Positions 1-9,349 of a stretch of 64,000 nt of DNA are shown piece by piece. Made by a program: the position numbers and the translations under genes. A model generated the notes under the pieces. It was not told the origin of the DNA, made no database searches, and worked only from the letters and a program-made list of their open reading frames with translations. Position 1 is the stretch's first letter. Each line of letters opens with the position of its first letter. The stretch is from Eubacteriales bacterium. GTDB lineage: Bacteria; Bacillota; Clostridia; Oscillospirales; CAG-272. The stretch lies in the NCBI GenBank assembly GCA_045543615.1, contig JAZPXL010000007.1, forward strand, positions 56,465 through 120,464. The letters are read 5' to 3'.

Positions 1-1
1 G

Positions 2-337
2 CTGTATGTTGCATTTTGGGTTATCCTTGCACTCCTTATGGTGTTTAGTATTGCTGCGCTTATAGTGATTGTGGCCGCAGGAGCTTTGGTGTCGCTGATC
101 GGAATTGTCTACGGTGTTGTCCAAATAGTAACAGGACAAGTGCCGGTGGGTCTGTTCGAGGTTGGACTTGGCGTTGTAGTCGGTTCAGCAGTTATGATAG
201 TCGGCATCCTTGTTTATAATTTTGCAGTTCGTCTCATTCCTTTTGCTATGAAAAAGCTTACATCACTTTTGCCGATCATTTTCAAAAAGGGAAGAGCCGG
301 ATATGAAGCACTGAAAGGAGTAATTGAAAACATATGA
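2..337 (+). CDS. Hydrophobic membrane protein, C-terminal part (frame is open to the left window edge)
   Basis: No stop in this frame between position 2 and the first ATG at 38. The product is almost entirely hydrophobic and its end overlaps the next gene by 4 nt (ATGA). Its position upstream of a DUF4097-like gene resembles DUF1700-type partners (inference). Confidence 0.4.
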   Translation: MYVAFWVILALLMVFSIAALIVIVAAGALVSLIGIVYGVVQIVTGQVPVGLFEVGLGVVVGSAVMIVGILVYNFAVRLIPFAMKKLTSLLPIIFKKGRAGYEALKGVIENI

Positions 338-1386
338 AGCCTACATCAGTAATTTTTTTGATAGTTTCCATACTCCTTGCGTGCGTGGGTATTCTTCTTT
401 GTATGACAGCATCAAATATGGCGACACAACAGGGAATCAGTATTTTCTCACAGGTTGGTGGCGAGGATGACAACTTCGTAACTACCGAAGAGCTTTCAAC
501 TGAAGAGCTTAAGAAGATAGTTGTCAAGGTCAGCGATGTTGATGTAAATGTTTACGGTGGCCAGGAAAGCGCAAGAGTTGAGCTTGTCAACTTCTCAAAC
601 GGTGGTTACAGCTACCAGCTCAACCGTTCGACACTTCAGATCTCCGATAACGCAGGCATCGGTGGTATCATTGATATCGACAATCTCAAAATCAACTTCA
701 ACGGATTCCGTGATTATATCTACTACTTTGAGTACAAGGACAAAGCAAAGTCGGTCAATATCTATCTTACAGACGACACCGACCTTGTAAACTTTGTTAT
801 AACAACATCAGCAGGAGATATCACACTCTCTGATCTCGATATTGACTGTGACTATAAAATAACATCTGCAAACGGTCACATCAGCCTCTCCGAGATTTCG
901 ACCACATCTGCTGTTCAGATCGAATCCACAGAAAGTGCGAATATCGATATTACAGCAGTTGAAGCAAATGAATACAGAATTATGGGCTTTGAGACCTTTA
1001 TGAATATCACCGATAGCACATTTACACGTGCTATGTATATCAACGTTGAGACAGGTGATATCGTTTATGACAGAGTGGAGAGCGATTTTGCTAACCTTGA
1101 TGTAGTTCTTCAGTCTCAGTTAGGCTCAATAACCGTATTTGGTGGACAGTACACAGATGTCTTCTCGGAGCTGAATGCTCCAAAGGATGAAACTCCTACA
1201 ACACCTCCCGAAAGTGATACGGATACTGATACCGACGAGGACGGCGGTGAAACAGGCGAGGATGCATCTGAGGAAACGACTGTCGAGGACGAGGGCGGCG
1301 AAGATGGCGACATCAACGAAACGCTTGTAATTCCCGCAAACACACTTACAATTATTATTGCCGAGGGCAATATTGAGGTAAAATAA
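334..1386 (+). CDS. Membrane-anchored DUF4097-like beta-strand repeat protein with acidic low-complexity C-terminal region
   Basis: N-terminal TM helix. Recurrent G-D/H/N-I-x-hydrophobic repeat units (SAGDITLSDL, ANGHISLSEI, ETGDIVYDRV, AEGNIEVK) typical of DUF4097 putative adhesins. D/E/T-rich stretch TDTDTDEDGGETGEDASEE. Confidence 0.5.
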   Translation: MKPTSVIFLIVSILLACVGILLCMTASNMATQQGISIFSQVGGEDDNFVTTEELSTEELKKIVVKVSDVDVNVYGGQESARVELVNFSNGGYSYQLNRSTLQISDNAGIGGIIDIDNLKINFNGFRDYIYYFEYKDKAKSVNIYLTDDTDLVNFVITTSAGDITLSDLDIDCDYKITSANGHISLSEISTTSAVQIESTESANIDITAVEANEYRIMGFETFMNITDSTFTRAMYINVETGDIVYDRVESDFANLDVVLQSQLGSITVFGGQYTDVFSELNAPKDETPTTPPESDTDTDTDEDGGETGEDASEETTVEDEGGEDGDINETLVIPANTLTIIIAEGNIEVK

Positions 1387-1390
1387 AAGA

Positions 1391-1430
1391 AAACAAACAA
1401 GGCTCTGCAAAAGCAGAGCCTTGTTTGTTT
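1391..1430. terminator. Bidirectional rho-independent terminator (perfect 18-bp stem, AAAA loop)
   Basis: aaacaaacaaggctctgc-aaaa-gcagagccttgtttgttt lies between convergent genes, with A/T runs on both sides. Confidence 0.85.
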
Positions 1431-1437
1431 AGAAAAA

Positions 1438-2532
1438 TTATACGTTGAAACGGAAGAGAGTGATGTCTCCGTCCTTCATGACATAGTCCTTGCCCTCGCT
1501 TCTGACAAGACCTGCCTCCTTTGCGGCAGTCATAGAGCCGAGACGAACAAGGTCATCGAAAGCAACAATTTCAGCACGAATGAATCCACGCTCAAAGTCG
1601 CTGTGAATTTTGCCTGCCGCTCCGGGTGCTTTAGTACCCTTGCGAATTGTCCAGGCACGAACCTCCTTAGGTCCTGCTGTGAGGAAGCTGATGAGTCCGA
1701 GAAGCTCATATCCTGCACGGATAAGTCTGTTGAGTCCTGATTCTTTAAGCCCCATATCCTCGAGGAACATCTGCTTTTCATCGCCCTCAAGCTCAGCAAG
1801 CTCTGCCTCAAGACCACCACAAATTGCAACAATACCGGAGTTCTCTGTTGCAGCAAATTCCTTAAGTGCAAGGTAATAGGGATTGTCAACGGGATCAGGA
1901 TCAATGCTGTCCTCGCCAACGTTGGCAACATAAATAACAGGTTTTGCGCTGAGAAGAGGCATCTCGGCGAGAAGTGCAGCCTCGTCCTCGTTGACGTCAA
2001 GCGCACGGGCAGATTTGCCCTCACCAAGATGAACGAGAAGCCTTTCAAGAAGAGCAACTTCAGCCGCAAGGGATTTGTCTGCTTTCATAGCCTTTCTTGA
2101 ACGATCAAGTCTTCTCTCGGCAATCTCAATATCCGAAAGAATAAGCTCATAGTTGATGGTGTCAACATCGCTGCAAGGATCAACACGTCCGTCAACGTGA
2201 ATGATGTTGTCGTTTTCAAAGCAACGAACAACGTGAAGGATTGCATCACATTCACGAATATGGGAGAGGAATTTGTTGCCAAGTCCTTCACCTTGAGATG
2301 CGCCCTTAACAAGGCCTGCTATATCAAAAAACTCTACTGTTGCAGGGGTGTACTTTTCCGGAGCATACATTTCTGCAAGAGTGTCAAGACGGGAATCGGG
2401 AACGGGAACAACGCCTACATTGGGCTCAATGGTGCAGAAGGGGTAGTTTGCAGATTCTGCGCCACCACCACAGAGTGCGTTGAAGAGTGTACTTTTGCCA
2501 ACATTGGGAAGGCCAACGATACCAAGTTTCAT
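1438..2532 (-). CDS. ychF: Ribosome-binding ATPase YchF (Obg-family)
   Basis: MKLGIVGLPNVGKSTLFNAL P-loop, full-length 364 aa, C-terminal TGS-like end ...DGDITLFRFNV. Confidence 0.93.
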   Translation of the reverse strand: MKLGIVGLPNVGKSTLFNALCGGGAESANYPFCTIEPNVGVVPVPDSRLDTLAEMYAPEKYTPATVEFFDIAGLVKGASQGEGLGNKFLSHIRECDAILHVVRCFENDNIIHVDGRVDPCSDVDTINYELILSDIEIAERRLDRSRKAMKADKSLAAEVALLERLLVHLGEGKSARALDVNEDEAALLAEMPLLSAKPVIYVANVGEDSIDPDPVDNPYYLALKEFAATENSGIVAICGGLEAELAELEGDEKQMFLEDMGLKESGLNRLIRAGYELLGLISFLTAGPKEVRAWTIRKGTKAPGAAGKIHSDFERGFIRAEIVAFDDLVRLGSMTAAKEAGLVRSEGKDYVMKDGDITLFRFNV

Positions 2533-2686
2533 TTTTTCTCCATAAAAAAAGTGTATTTTAGTTTTAATGCCGTATTATTATATAACATTTTTTCTGATTT
2601 TTCAATAGAAACTGAAAAATATACGCAAAAAACGGCGATAATTGTTAACATTTTTTCAAAAACATCTATGCAAAACGAAAAAAGTG

Positions 2687-2695
2687 TGCTATAAT
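2687..2695 (+). promoter_or_regulatory. Extended -10 promoter element TGcTATAAT upstream of the response regulator gene
   Basis: tgctataat lies about 70 nt upstream of the ATG at 2765. There is no good -35. Confidence 0.45.
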
Positions 2696-2764
2696 ATAGT
2701 GGATAGTAAATATTTAGCTGTATATTAGGAGTTATGCAGCGTGATCAATTAAGGAGGAATTACA

Positions 2765-3457
2765 ATGTACACAAAAATACTCGTCGTTGATGACGATAGC
2801 AACATTTGCGATCTTCTGAAGCAGTATCTTGAGAAGGAGGGATACGATGTCCGCACGGCCTCGGATGGATACGAAGCTATTGATACATTTAAAAAGTACG
2901 AGCCCGATCTCGTTTTGCTTGACATAATGCTTCCCGGAAAGAATGGAAAAGATGTTTGCACTGAGCTTCGCAAGTTCACAAACAAGCCCATCATTATGAT
3001 TACAGCAAAGGGCGAGGTAGTTGATAAGGTTGTCTGCCTTGAGCTTGGTGCTGATGACTATGTGGTCAAGCCCTTTGATATGAACGAGCTTTTTGCTCGC
3101 ATCAAGGCTCTTCTTCGCCGTTGCAACTCCCACGATGATTCCGATGATGATGAGGTAATCAGATTTGAGAACATCGAAATCAGCAAGCAGAAGTATGAGC
3201 TGAAGCTCAACGGAAAGAGCGTTGACATTCCTCCTAAGGAGCTTGAGTTGCTTTATTTTCTTGCTTCTAATTACAATCGCGTATTTACCCGCGATCAGCT
3301 TCTTGATAAGGTATGGGGCTTTGATTATCTCGGAGACTCCCGTACTGTTGACGTACATGTTAAGAGACTTCGTGAAAAGCTCGAAGGCGTTTCTGATAAG
3401 TGGATTCTTAAGACTGTCTGGGGAGTTGGCTATAAGTTCGAACTGACAGGCAATTAA
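2765..3457 (+). CDS. OmpR/PhoB-family response regulator
   Basis: Receiver motifs (VVDDD, LLDIMLPGKNG, ITAKG) plus a C-terminal winged-helix (RTVDVHVKRLREKL, WGVGYKF). AAGGAGG RBS. Confidence 0.9.
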   Translation: MYTKILVVDDDSNICDLLKQYLEKEGYDVRTASDGYEAIDTFKKYEPDLVLLDIMLPGKNGKDVCTELRKFTNKPIIMITAKGEVVDKVVCLELGADDYVVKPFDMNELFARIKALLRRCNSHDDSDDDEVIRFENIEISKQKYELKLNGKSVDIPPKELELLYFLASNYNRVFTRDQLLDKVWGFDYLGDSRTVDVHVKRLREKLEGVSDKWILKTVWGVGYKFELTGN

Positions 3458-3467
3458 TAATCGATGT

Positions 3468-3500
3468 ATACGCCACAGCTTTGCTGCGGCGTATGCTTTT
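3468..3500 (+). promoter_or_regulatory. Intercistronic hairpin between response regulator and kinase genes (possible attenuator or processing site)
   Basis: atacgccacag-ctttg-ctgcggcgtat (10/11 bp) followed by gctttt, directly before the kinase RBS. Confidence 0.35.
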
Positions 3501-3517
3501 AGGAAGGAGGAGAATAT

Positions 3518-5011
3518 ATGTTTCGCAGTATTTATGTCAAATATATCGTTACATTTATGGTTATAATAGTAATCAGCCTGGCTCTCCTTCTTGCAATTAT
3601 CGGAACGTTGCTTGGCGACTATTCCGAAACCTCAAAATATGAGGTTGTGGCATCTGCTTCGGACGCACTTGCTGATTATATCGAGTACAAGATACAAAAG
3701 CTTGGTATGAGTGACTTTTCGAGCTTTTGTCATCTGTTTGCCGATGATATAGATTGGCAGATTTCAACCGTCACCGATATATCAGCTTTCCCGATAACTA
3801 TAATGATTGCTGACAGCGATGGTAAGATACTGATCGCAAATCCTGCAGAGGATTGCGACTTTAAGGGCGGTACGCAAATTCCCAGAGCTATTATGGATGA
3901 CCTCAACAATGGAGTTGAGCTTAGTAGCTTTGAAAGCCTTGAGGGTATCTTCGATTCACCACACGTGGTCAGCGCAAAGCCCGTCAATATGAGAAATAAC
4001 TACGTTTGCGGAACGGTTTTTGTGTGTTGCGATAGCTCATCACTCCACTCGTTCTCAAGCCTGCTCATAAAGACAGTTGCTATCTCAAGCCTTTGGGTAA
4101 TGCTCGCTGCGCTTATTGCGATCTTCTTTATAAGCGAAAGAATAATAAGCCCACTCAAAGAGATGAGTATTGCAGCAAAGAGCTTCTCGCAAGGTAAGTT
4201 TGATGTCAGAGTCCCCGTTCTCGGAAATGACGAGGTGGCACAGCTTGCAGCTGCATTTAACAATATGGCGCAGAACCTTGAATCGCTTGACGAGATGAGA
4301 AATAACTTTATGTCGAGCGTATCTCACGATATGCGCACGCCGATGACTACGATTTCAGGCTTTATCGATTGCATCCTTGATGGAGCTATTCCTCCCGAAA
4401 AGCACGAGTATTATCTGAAGATTATTCGTGATGAGGTGCAGAGACTTTCAAGACTCGTTGCAACACTTCTTGATATTTCAAGAATTCAGGCAGGAGACAG
4501 AAAGTTTGTAATGGCACCGTTTGATATTTGCGAAATGGGACGCCAGGTGCTTATTTCCTTTGAGCAGAAGATAGACAAGAAAAAGCTTGAGGTCGAATTT
4601 ATTGTCGATGATGACAATATGTTTGTAGTAGGTGACCACGATGCAATATATCAGATTTATTATAATATCACAGACAACGCAGTAAAATTTGCCCGTGAGG
4701 GCGGCCTACTCAGACTCTCGATGACAACTGAAGACAAAAAGGTCAAAGTCTCTGTATATAACGAGGGAGACGGAATACCTTATGAGGATCAGCCATATAT
4801 CTTCGAGAGATTTTACAAGAGTGACAGAAGCCGTGGAAAAGATAAAACAGGCGTTGGTCTTGGAATGTTTATAACCAAGACGATAATTGAAGCACACGGC
4901 GAAACCATTACGCTTAAGAGTGAACCGGGAAGGGATTGTGAGTTCTGCTTCACATTACCACGCACGACAGATCCCAAAAAGTCTGCTCCCACGCGTGAAC
5001 AAAGAGATTAA
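3518..5011 (+). CDS. Sensor histidine kinase (2 TM, extracytoplasmic domain, HAMP, HisKA, HATPase_c)
   Basis: H-box SHDMRTPMT, N-box DNAVKFA, G-boxes DGIPYE / GVGLGM. Two hydrophobic segments flank a roughly 150-aa loop. Confidence 0.88.
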   Translation: MFRSIYVKYIVTFMVIIVISLALLLAIIGTLLGDYSETSKYEVVASASDALADYIEYKIQKLGMSDFSSFCHLFADDIDWQISTVTDISAFPITIMIADSDGKILIANPAEDCDFKGGTQIPRAIMDDLNNGVELSSFESLEGIFDSPHVVSAKPVNMRNNYVCGTVFVCCDSSSLHSFSSLLIKTVAISSLWVMLAALIAIFFISERIISPLKEMSIAAKSFSQGKFDVRVPVLGNDEVAQLAAAFNNMAQNLESLDEMRNNFMSSVSHDMRTPMTTISGFIDCILDGAIPPEKHEYYLKIIRDEVQRLSRLVATLLDISRIQAGDRKFVMAPFDICEMGRQVLISFEQKIDKKKLEVEFIVDDDNMFVVGDHDAIYQIYYNITDNAVKFAREGGLLRLSMTTEDKKVKVSVYNEGDGIPYEDQPYIFERFYKSDRSRGKDKTGVGLGMFITKTIIEAHGETITLKSEPGRDCEFCFTLPRTTDPKKSAPTREQRD

Positions 5012-5022
5012 GGTAATTAATT

Positions 5023-6387
5023 ATGGAAGAAAACAAGAATGAAATGCTTGAAGGCGTCGATGACGCTCCTTCTACTCAAAACACAGATACCGTACAGAGT
5101 GCGAGCGCGACTGAAAATGACGCACCTGCAGAAATAACAGAGGAAGCTGTCGCAGAGCCACAGGACACAGCTGATGCTCGCGAGCCGGCAGGTGTTACTG
5201 AAACAGAAGCAACCCCTCGACTTGCAGCAAAGCCTATTTGGAACTTTACCACTCAGGTGGCAGAGGACAGAGCAGAGCTTAAGAAGAGAGGCAGACGGGG
5301 TGCGCTCGTCTACGCAATAATTATGACAGCCCTGTTTGCCATCTGCTTTGCTACTCTTGCTGTGTTGCTTATATCGGGATACGGCGCAAATAATGGTGGA
5401 ACATATCCTCCGACAGACTATCTGCCAAATGCCGATGGAGTTTCTCTGTCTGCTCTTTATGAAGAACTGAACCCTTCCGTTGTAAGCGTTTCTTGCACGC
5501 TTGAAAACGGATCGAGTATTGGTAGTGGGTTTATTTATACTGAAAGTGGATACATCATCACAAATTATCACGTCATTGACGGTGCTGTGGACGTTGTTGT
5601 CTATCTCTCCGACGGCAGCGACTATAAGGCAGAGATCGTAGGCAGTGATGAGATATCGGATATCGCTGTTTTGCACATTAATGCAAAGTGGCTGAAGCCT
5701 GCAGTAATGGGCGATTCCGATGCACTTGTTGTTGGTCAGTCGGTTGTTGCGATTGGTACGCCTATATCCCTTGAATTTAGTGGTACATTTACTGACGGTA
5801 TTATCTCAGGACTTAACAGATATATAGAAATATATAATGAAGACGATCTTGTTGAGAAGAGTATGAATATGATTCAAACAAATACCATACTCAACCCCGG
5901 CAACTCAGGTGGTCCACTATTTACTCTTGCAGGTGAGGTCATCGGCATCAATAATATGAAGTATATTGGTGACGAAAACTCAGGCACACCGTTTGAGGGA
6001 GTCGGATTTGCGATTCCGATCAATGCGGCAATTGTTGTTGCGGACGAAATCATCGAGACAGGCTCATACTCGGGTAGCGGTGACGTTGCAGAGAAGGGCG
6101 TAAACCTCGGTATCGCTTGTGGTACGGTTGTTGAAGGTCAGTCCGTTACCCTTGGCAACCAGAGCTTTACAGCAGGCGCGACCGGAGTGCTCGTTTCCGA
6201 GGTTAAGACCGGCTATCCTGCAGAGGGTAAGCTCAAGGTGCGTGACATCATCACTCATATTGATGGAGAGGCTACTGAAACCTTTGAAGCTCTGAAAGAA
6301 ATACTTGTAACTCACAAATCGGGGGATACAATTGAGCTGACGGTTTTCCGTGATAACTCCTCACAAAAAGTAACAATTACTCTTTAA
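5023..6387 (+). CDS. HtrA/DegP-family serine protease with C-terminal PDZ domain
   Basis: Trypsin-like triad context (ITNYHVI, DIAVL, GNSGGPLF), one TM after an acidic N-terminal tail, PDZ-like C-terminus. Confidence 0.85.
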   Translation: MEENKNEMLEGVDDAPSTQNTDTVQSASATENDAPAEITEEAVAEPQDTADAREPAGVTETEATPRLAAKPIWNFTTQVAEDRAELKKRGRRGALVYAIIMTALFAICFATLAVLLISGYGANNGGTYPPTDYLPNADGVSLSALYEELNPSVVSVSCTLENGSSIGSGFIYTESGYIITNYHVIDGAVDVVVYLSDGSDYKAEIVGSDEISDIAVLHINAKWLKPAVMGDSDALVVGQSVVAIGTPISLEFSGTFTDGIISGLNRYIEIYNEDDLVEKSMNMIQTNTILNPGNSGGPLFTLAGEVIGINNMKYIGDENSGTPFEGVGFAIPINAAIVVADEIIETGSYSGSGDVAEKGVNLGIACGTVVEGQSVTLGNQSFTAGATGVLVSEVKTGYPAEGKLKVRDIITHIDGEATETFEALKEILVTHKSGDTIELTVFRDNSSQKVTITL

Positions 6388-6392
6388 GTTAA

Positions 6393-6433
6393 AAACACTA
6401 AACGCCCGGAATTTTTCCGGGCGTTTAGTGTTT
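6393..6433. terminator. Bidirectional rho-independent terminator
   Basis: aaacactaaacgcccgga / tccgggcgtttagtgttt is a perfect long stem between convergent genes. Confidence 0.85.
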
Positions 6434-6438
6434 ATTTA

Positions 6439-8043
6439 TTAGCTGCGTCTGACCTTTGCCATAATTGAATCGTGAGAAAGACCGTATTTGTCCGCGATGT
6501 CACGGGCGTAGCTCTTGCCATCGGGCTTTGCACGGTAAATCTTAAATGAACGCTTACCCTCGTCAATTCCTGCAACAAGAGTGTCAATAGGAGCACCACC
6601 CTCGGCAGCGCACCTTGCATTGATATCGTCAATCATAGCAGATAGCTCGTGCAGGTGGGTTGAGAAGAGAGTGCGACATCTCGCACAAGAAAATCCTGCA
6701 AGAACCTCTGCGGCAATATATGATGCCTCATAAGAGCCTGTGGAAGAAAGAGATTCATCAAGAAGCACGAGCGAGTGCGAGGTTACTTTGTCGAAAATTT
6801 CACCAAGTCGGGCGCATTCCTCTCCAAGTCTACCCTTGTCAATTGTATCGTCAGCACCTGTCGGGAAGTGAGTAAAAATTGCGTCAACGGGCGAGATTGT
6901 GGCAGATTTGGCAGGAACAAATAGTCCAAGCTGCATCATAGCCTGAGCCATACCGAGAGCACAGGTAATAACCGACTTACCACCTCTGTTAGGACCTGAG
7001 AGAACATAGATTGTTGCCTTTTCATCGAAGATGAGGTCGTTTGTTATGATCTCGTCATCAATCTTAAGCGCAACTGCAGGGTTGTAAAGCTCAAGGGCAG
7101 AGAAAGCTCGGCTGTCCATCGGAGCGATGGTGGGTTCACAAAGTGAGCAACCCTTGTCCCTGAGCTGTTGCATAAGTCTTGTGCCCTTAATGAGAAATTC
7201 AATCTCAGGCATAAGGTTGAGCAGAAAGTCCGTGTTTTCGAGAACATAGGTCTGAACTATCTTCTTCCAAGAACGGAGGGAGGACTTGTATACCTCGTTT
7301 ATTGCTGTGTTGAATGCAAGGGAGAGAGCTGTTTTCTGACTCTCGGATTGTTTTTTGCCGAAAGGCACAAGGCTTGCAATACAGGTGTATTCATCATCCT
7401 TGAAATTAAGACGGAGAATCTTCTCAAGCACATCTCCCGAACGGAACGGCTCGGGATTGATTGAGAGTACGCCTGCAGAACAGGGGCGAAGCTGAGCGTC
7501 AAGGTTTACGCCCATAGTAACACTCTTGATTTCACGTACTCGCTTTGTAAGCTCACAAAGCTGTTCGTTTAGCTCTGCGTAATAATCGCTTTCTGCAAGC
7601 TCATTAATTCTGTCGCAGAGAATGGAAAAGGCCTTGCCCTTAAGATTGTCCCTGACCTCGTTAAGTCCGTCATCAAGCGTGTCAATACAAGAGATGTAAA
7701 GCTCGATCTCCGTGATGCTTGAAAGATAATCGTTTGGGTCACCACTATCAGCTTCAAGACGTCGAAGCTCCATAATATCTGAAAGAATGGGCAGAAGATT
7801 GTTAAGCATCTTTATGAGCGAGGGGTTTTCAAGCATATCCGAAAAGGTTTCCTGACGATAGCGAATTACATCGGTGTCGGCAGTAAAGTATTCGGAAAGA
7901 GAGCTGTTTTTCAGATCAAGAATATCAGGCATACCAAGCTCTTCAAGAGCAAAAAGCGAAATATCAGGTCTTCCACCGATTGCCATATGCTTTGAAAGCG
8001 ATTCGGCCGAAGGGTAGAGAAGTGAGAAATTTGTAAGATCCAA
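6439..8043 (-). CDS. MutS-related ATPase (MutS domain V only; no mismatch-binding or Smr domain)
   Basis: C-terminal MutS ATPase motifs GPNRGGKSV, LLDESLSSTG, STHLHEL. TTG start 8 nt after AAAGGAG. Confidence 0.7.
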   Translation of the reverse strand: MDLTNFSLLYPSAESLSKHMAIGGRPDISLFALEELGMPDILDLKNSSLSEYFTADTDVIRYRQETFSDMLENPSLIKMLNNLLPILSDIMELRRLEADSGDPNDYLSSITEIELYISCIDTLDDGLNEVRDNLKGKAFSILCDRINELAESDYYAELNEQLCELTKRVREIKSVTMGVNLDAQLRPCSAGVLSINPEPFRSGDVLEKILRLNFKDDEYTCIASLVPFGKKQSESQKTALSLAFNTAINEVYKSSLRSWKKIVQTYVLENTDFLLNLMPEIEFLIKGTRLMQQLRDKGCSLCEPTIAPMDSRAFSALELYNPAVALKIDDEIITNDLIFDEKATIYVLSGPNRGGKSVITCALGMAQAMMQLGLFVPAKSATISPVDAIFTHFPTGADDTIDKGRLGEECARLGEIFDKVTSHSLVLLDESLSSTGSYEASYIAAEVLAGFSCARCRTLFSTHLHELSAMIDDINARCAAEGGAPIDTLVAGIDEGKRSFKIYRAKPDGKSYARDIADKYGLSHDSIMAKVRRS

Positions 8044-8130
8044 GGTGTGTGCTCCTTTCGGACTTTTGTACTAAATAAAAATTATAGCATACTTTTAAGT
8101 AAAAATAAAGAGGAAAAATGTAAATTACAA

Positions 8131-9153
8131 TTAATTGTTGTCATCATCGACGTTTCCGATGTTCGACAGAGGATTTTTCGACATAGCTGCTTCGATATCG
8201 CTGTTTGAAACGTGGGTGTAAATCTGCGTAGTGTTGAGTTGCTCGTGACCAAGAATTTCCTGAAGGATGCGAACATCAACGCCACCCTTCTGATACATAA
8301 GGGTTGCAGCTGTGTGCCTTAGCTTGTGGACGGAAAAGCCACGGTTTCCAAGTCCTGATTCCTCAAGATACTTTTCGACTGTCCATTGAACAGTTCTGTT
8401 GTTGATTCTGAGTCCTCTGTTCGATAGGAAGAGAGCCGTTGTGTCAGCAGTTCCAAGCTTTTCGTCGTTACGGATGGGCAAATACTCTGCAAGAGCGTTT
8501 CGGCAAGCATCGTTCAGGTAGATTATTCGCTCCTTGTTGCCCTTACCAAGCACACGCAGGGAGCGCAGGTATTTGTCAATATCTCCAAGGTTGATCCCAA
8601 CAAGCTCCGACAGACGCATTCCACAGTTCAGAAAAAGAGTCATCATACAATAATTGCGTATGCGCATCTTCTCGGGAACACTTCTGTCTGCTCTCACGGT
8701 GTTTAGAAACAGAGTGGCTTCTTCAAGAGACATATGCCTTGGAAGAGACTTTTTCTTTTTTGGCGTTTCCACATTTGCAGAGGGATCATTTTCAAGAAGC
8801 ATCTTCGTTGCCGTGTAATATTTGAAAAATCCTTTTATAGCTGAGAGCTTTCTCGCTCTTGCGGCAGCGGCATTTTTTAGCTCACGCTCGCAGAAGAAAA
8901 GAAACTCGTATATATCTGAGGTCGAAACCGAACGCAGAAATTCAGCGTCAACGCAAGTAAGCGATATTTTTTCAAAATCCTCACTTGATGGATCAATGCT
9001 GTTTCTGTCAGCAATTATGAATCTAAAAAAGGTTCTCAGGTCGAGCATATATTCATCAACTGTCTTGGGCGAGCATCCCTTGATCGCAAGCTTGTATGAT
9101 GCGAAGTCACGAAGTAGTAGAGAATATTCACGAGGATTATATTCGGTTGACAT
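8131..9153 (-). CDS. Tyrosine recombinase, XerC/XerD-like
   Basis: SAM-like N-terminal domain plus catalytic HKLRHTAAT (HxxR) and GHEQLNTTQIYTH (Tyr). GGAGG RBS. Confidence 0.8.
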   Translation of the reverse strand: MSTEYNPREYSLLLRDFASYKLAIKGCSPKTVDEYMLDLRTFFRFIIADRNSIDPSSEDFEKISLTCVDAEFLRSVSTSDIYEFLFFCERELKNAAAARARKLSAIKGFFKYYTATKMLLENDPSANVETPKKKKSLPRHMSLEEATLFLNTVRADRSVPEKMRIRNYCMMTLFLNCGMRLSELVGINLGDIDKYLRSLRVLGKGNKERIIYLNDACRNALAEYLPIRNDEKLGTADTTALFLSNRGLRINNRTVQWTVEKYLEESGLGNRGFSVHKLRHTAATLMYQKGGVDVRILQEILGHEQLNTTQIYTHVSNSDIEAAMSKNPLSNIGNVDDDNN

Positions 9154-9265
9154 ATTTTTTGCCTCCGTTTCGCAATTTTTGCCGAGTTTGTGGCCGTCTT
9201 CTATATAATTATACTACATTTAGAAATTTTTTAGTGGATAAAATGTAAATTTTCAGTGTATGGTG

Positions 9266-9294
9266 TTGATTAATATTATACAAAAGTATATAAT
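9266..9294 (+). promoter_or_regulatory. Sigma-A type promoter TTGATT-17-TATAAT
   Basis: Hexamers at 9266-9271 and 9289-9294 with a 17-nt spacer. They lie inside the long ORF call 9260.., which argues for a downstream start. Confidence 0.6.
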
Positions 9295-9349
9295 TTATAT
9301 AAATGCGCAAACCAAGTCCCTGTGGGACATTAGAAAGGAAAAAAACAAA

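Noticed and set aside
1180-1330. D/E/T-rich low-complexity coding stretch (TDTDTDEDGGETGEDASEE...) as a tandem DNA repeat.
   Set aside because: At the nucleotide level it is only a short imperfect GAT-ACN repetition within an intact ORF. It is compositional bias of an acidic linker, not a repeat array.
8131-9153. Tyrosine recombinase as a marker of a prophage or integrative element.
   Set aside because: Both flanks are ordinary chromosomal genes, and I see no att-like repeats, phage genes or composition shift. The protein has XerC/XerD-like architecture, so it is treated as a chromosomal Xer-type recombinase.
9260-9349. Upstream extension of the membrane-protein ORF (start at 9260).
   Set aside because: A TTGATT-17-TATAAT promoter lies inside this stretch, and the extension is AT-rich with no RBS. 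The GTG at 9350 after AAAGGA fits better.
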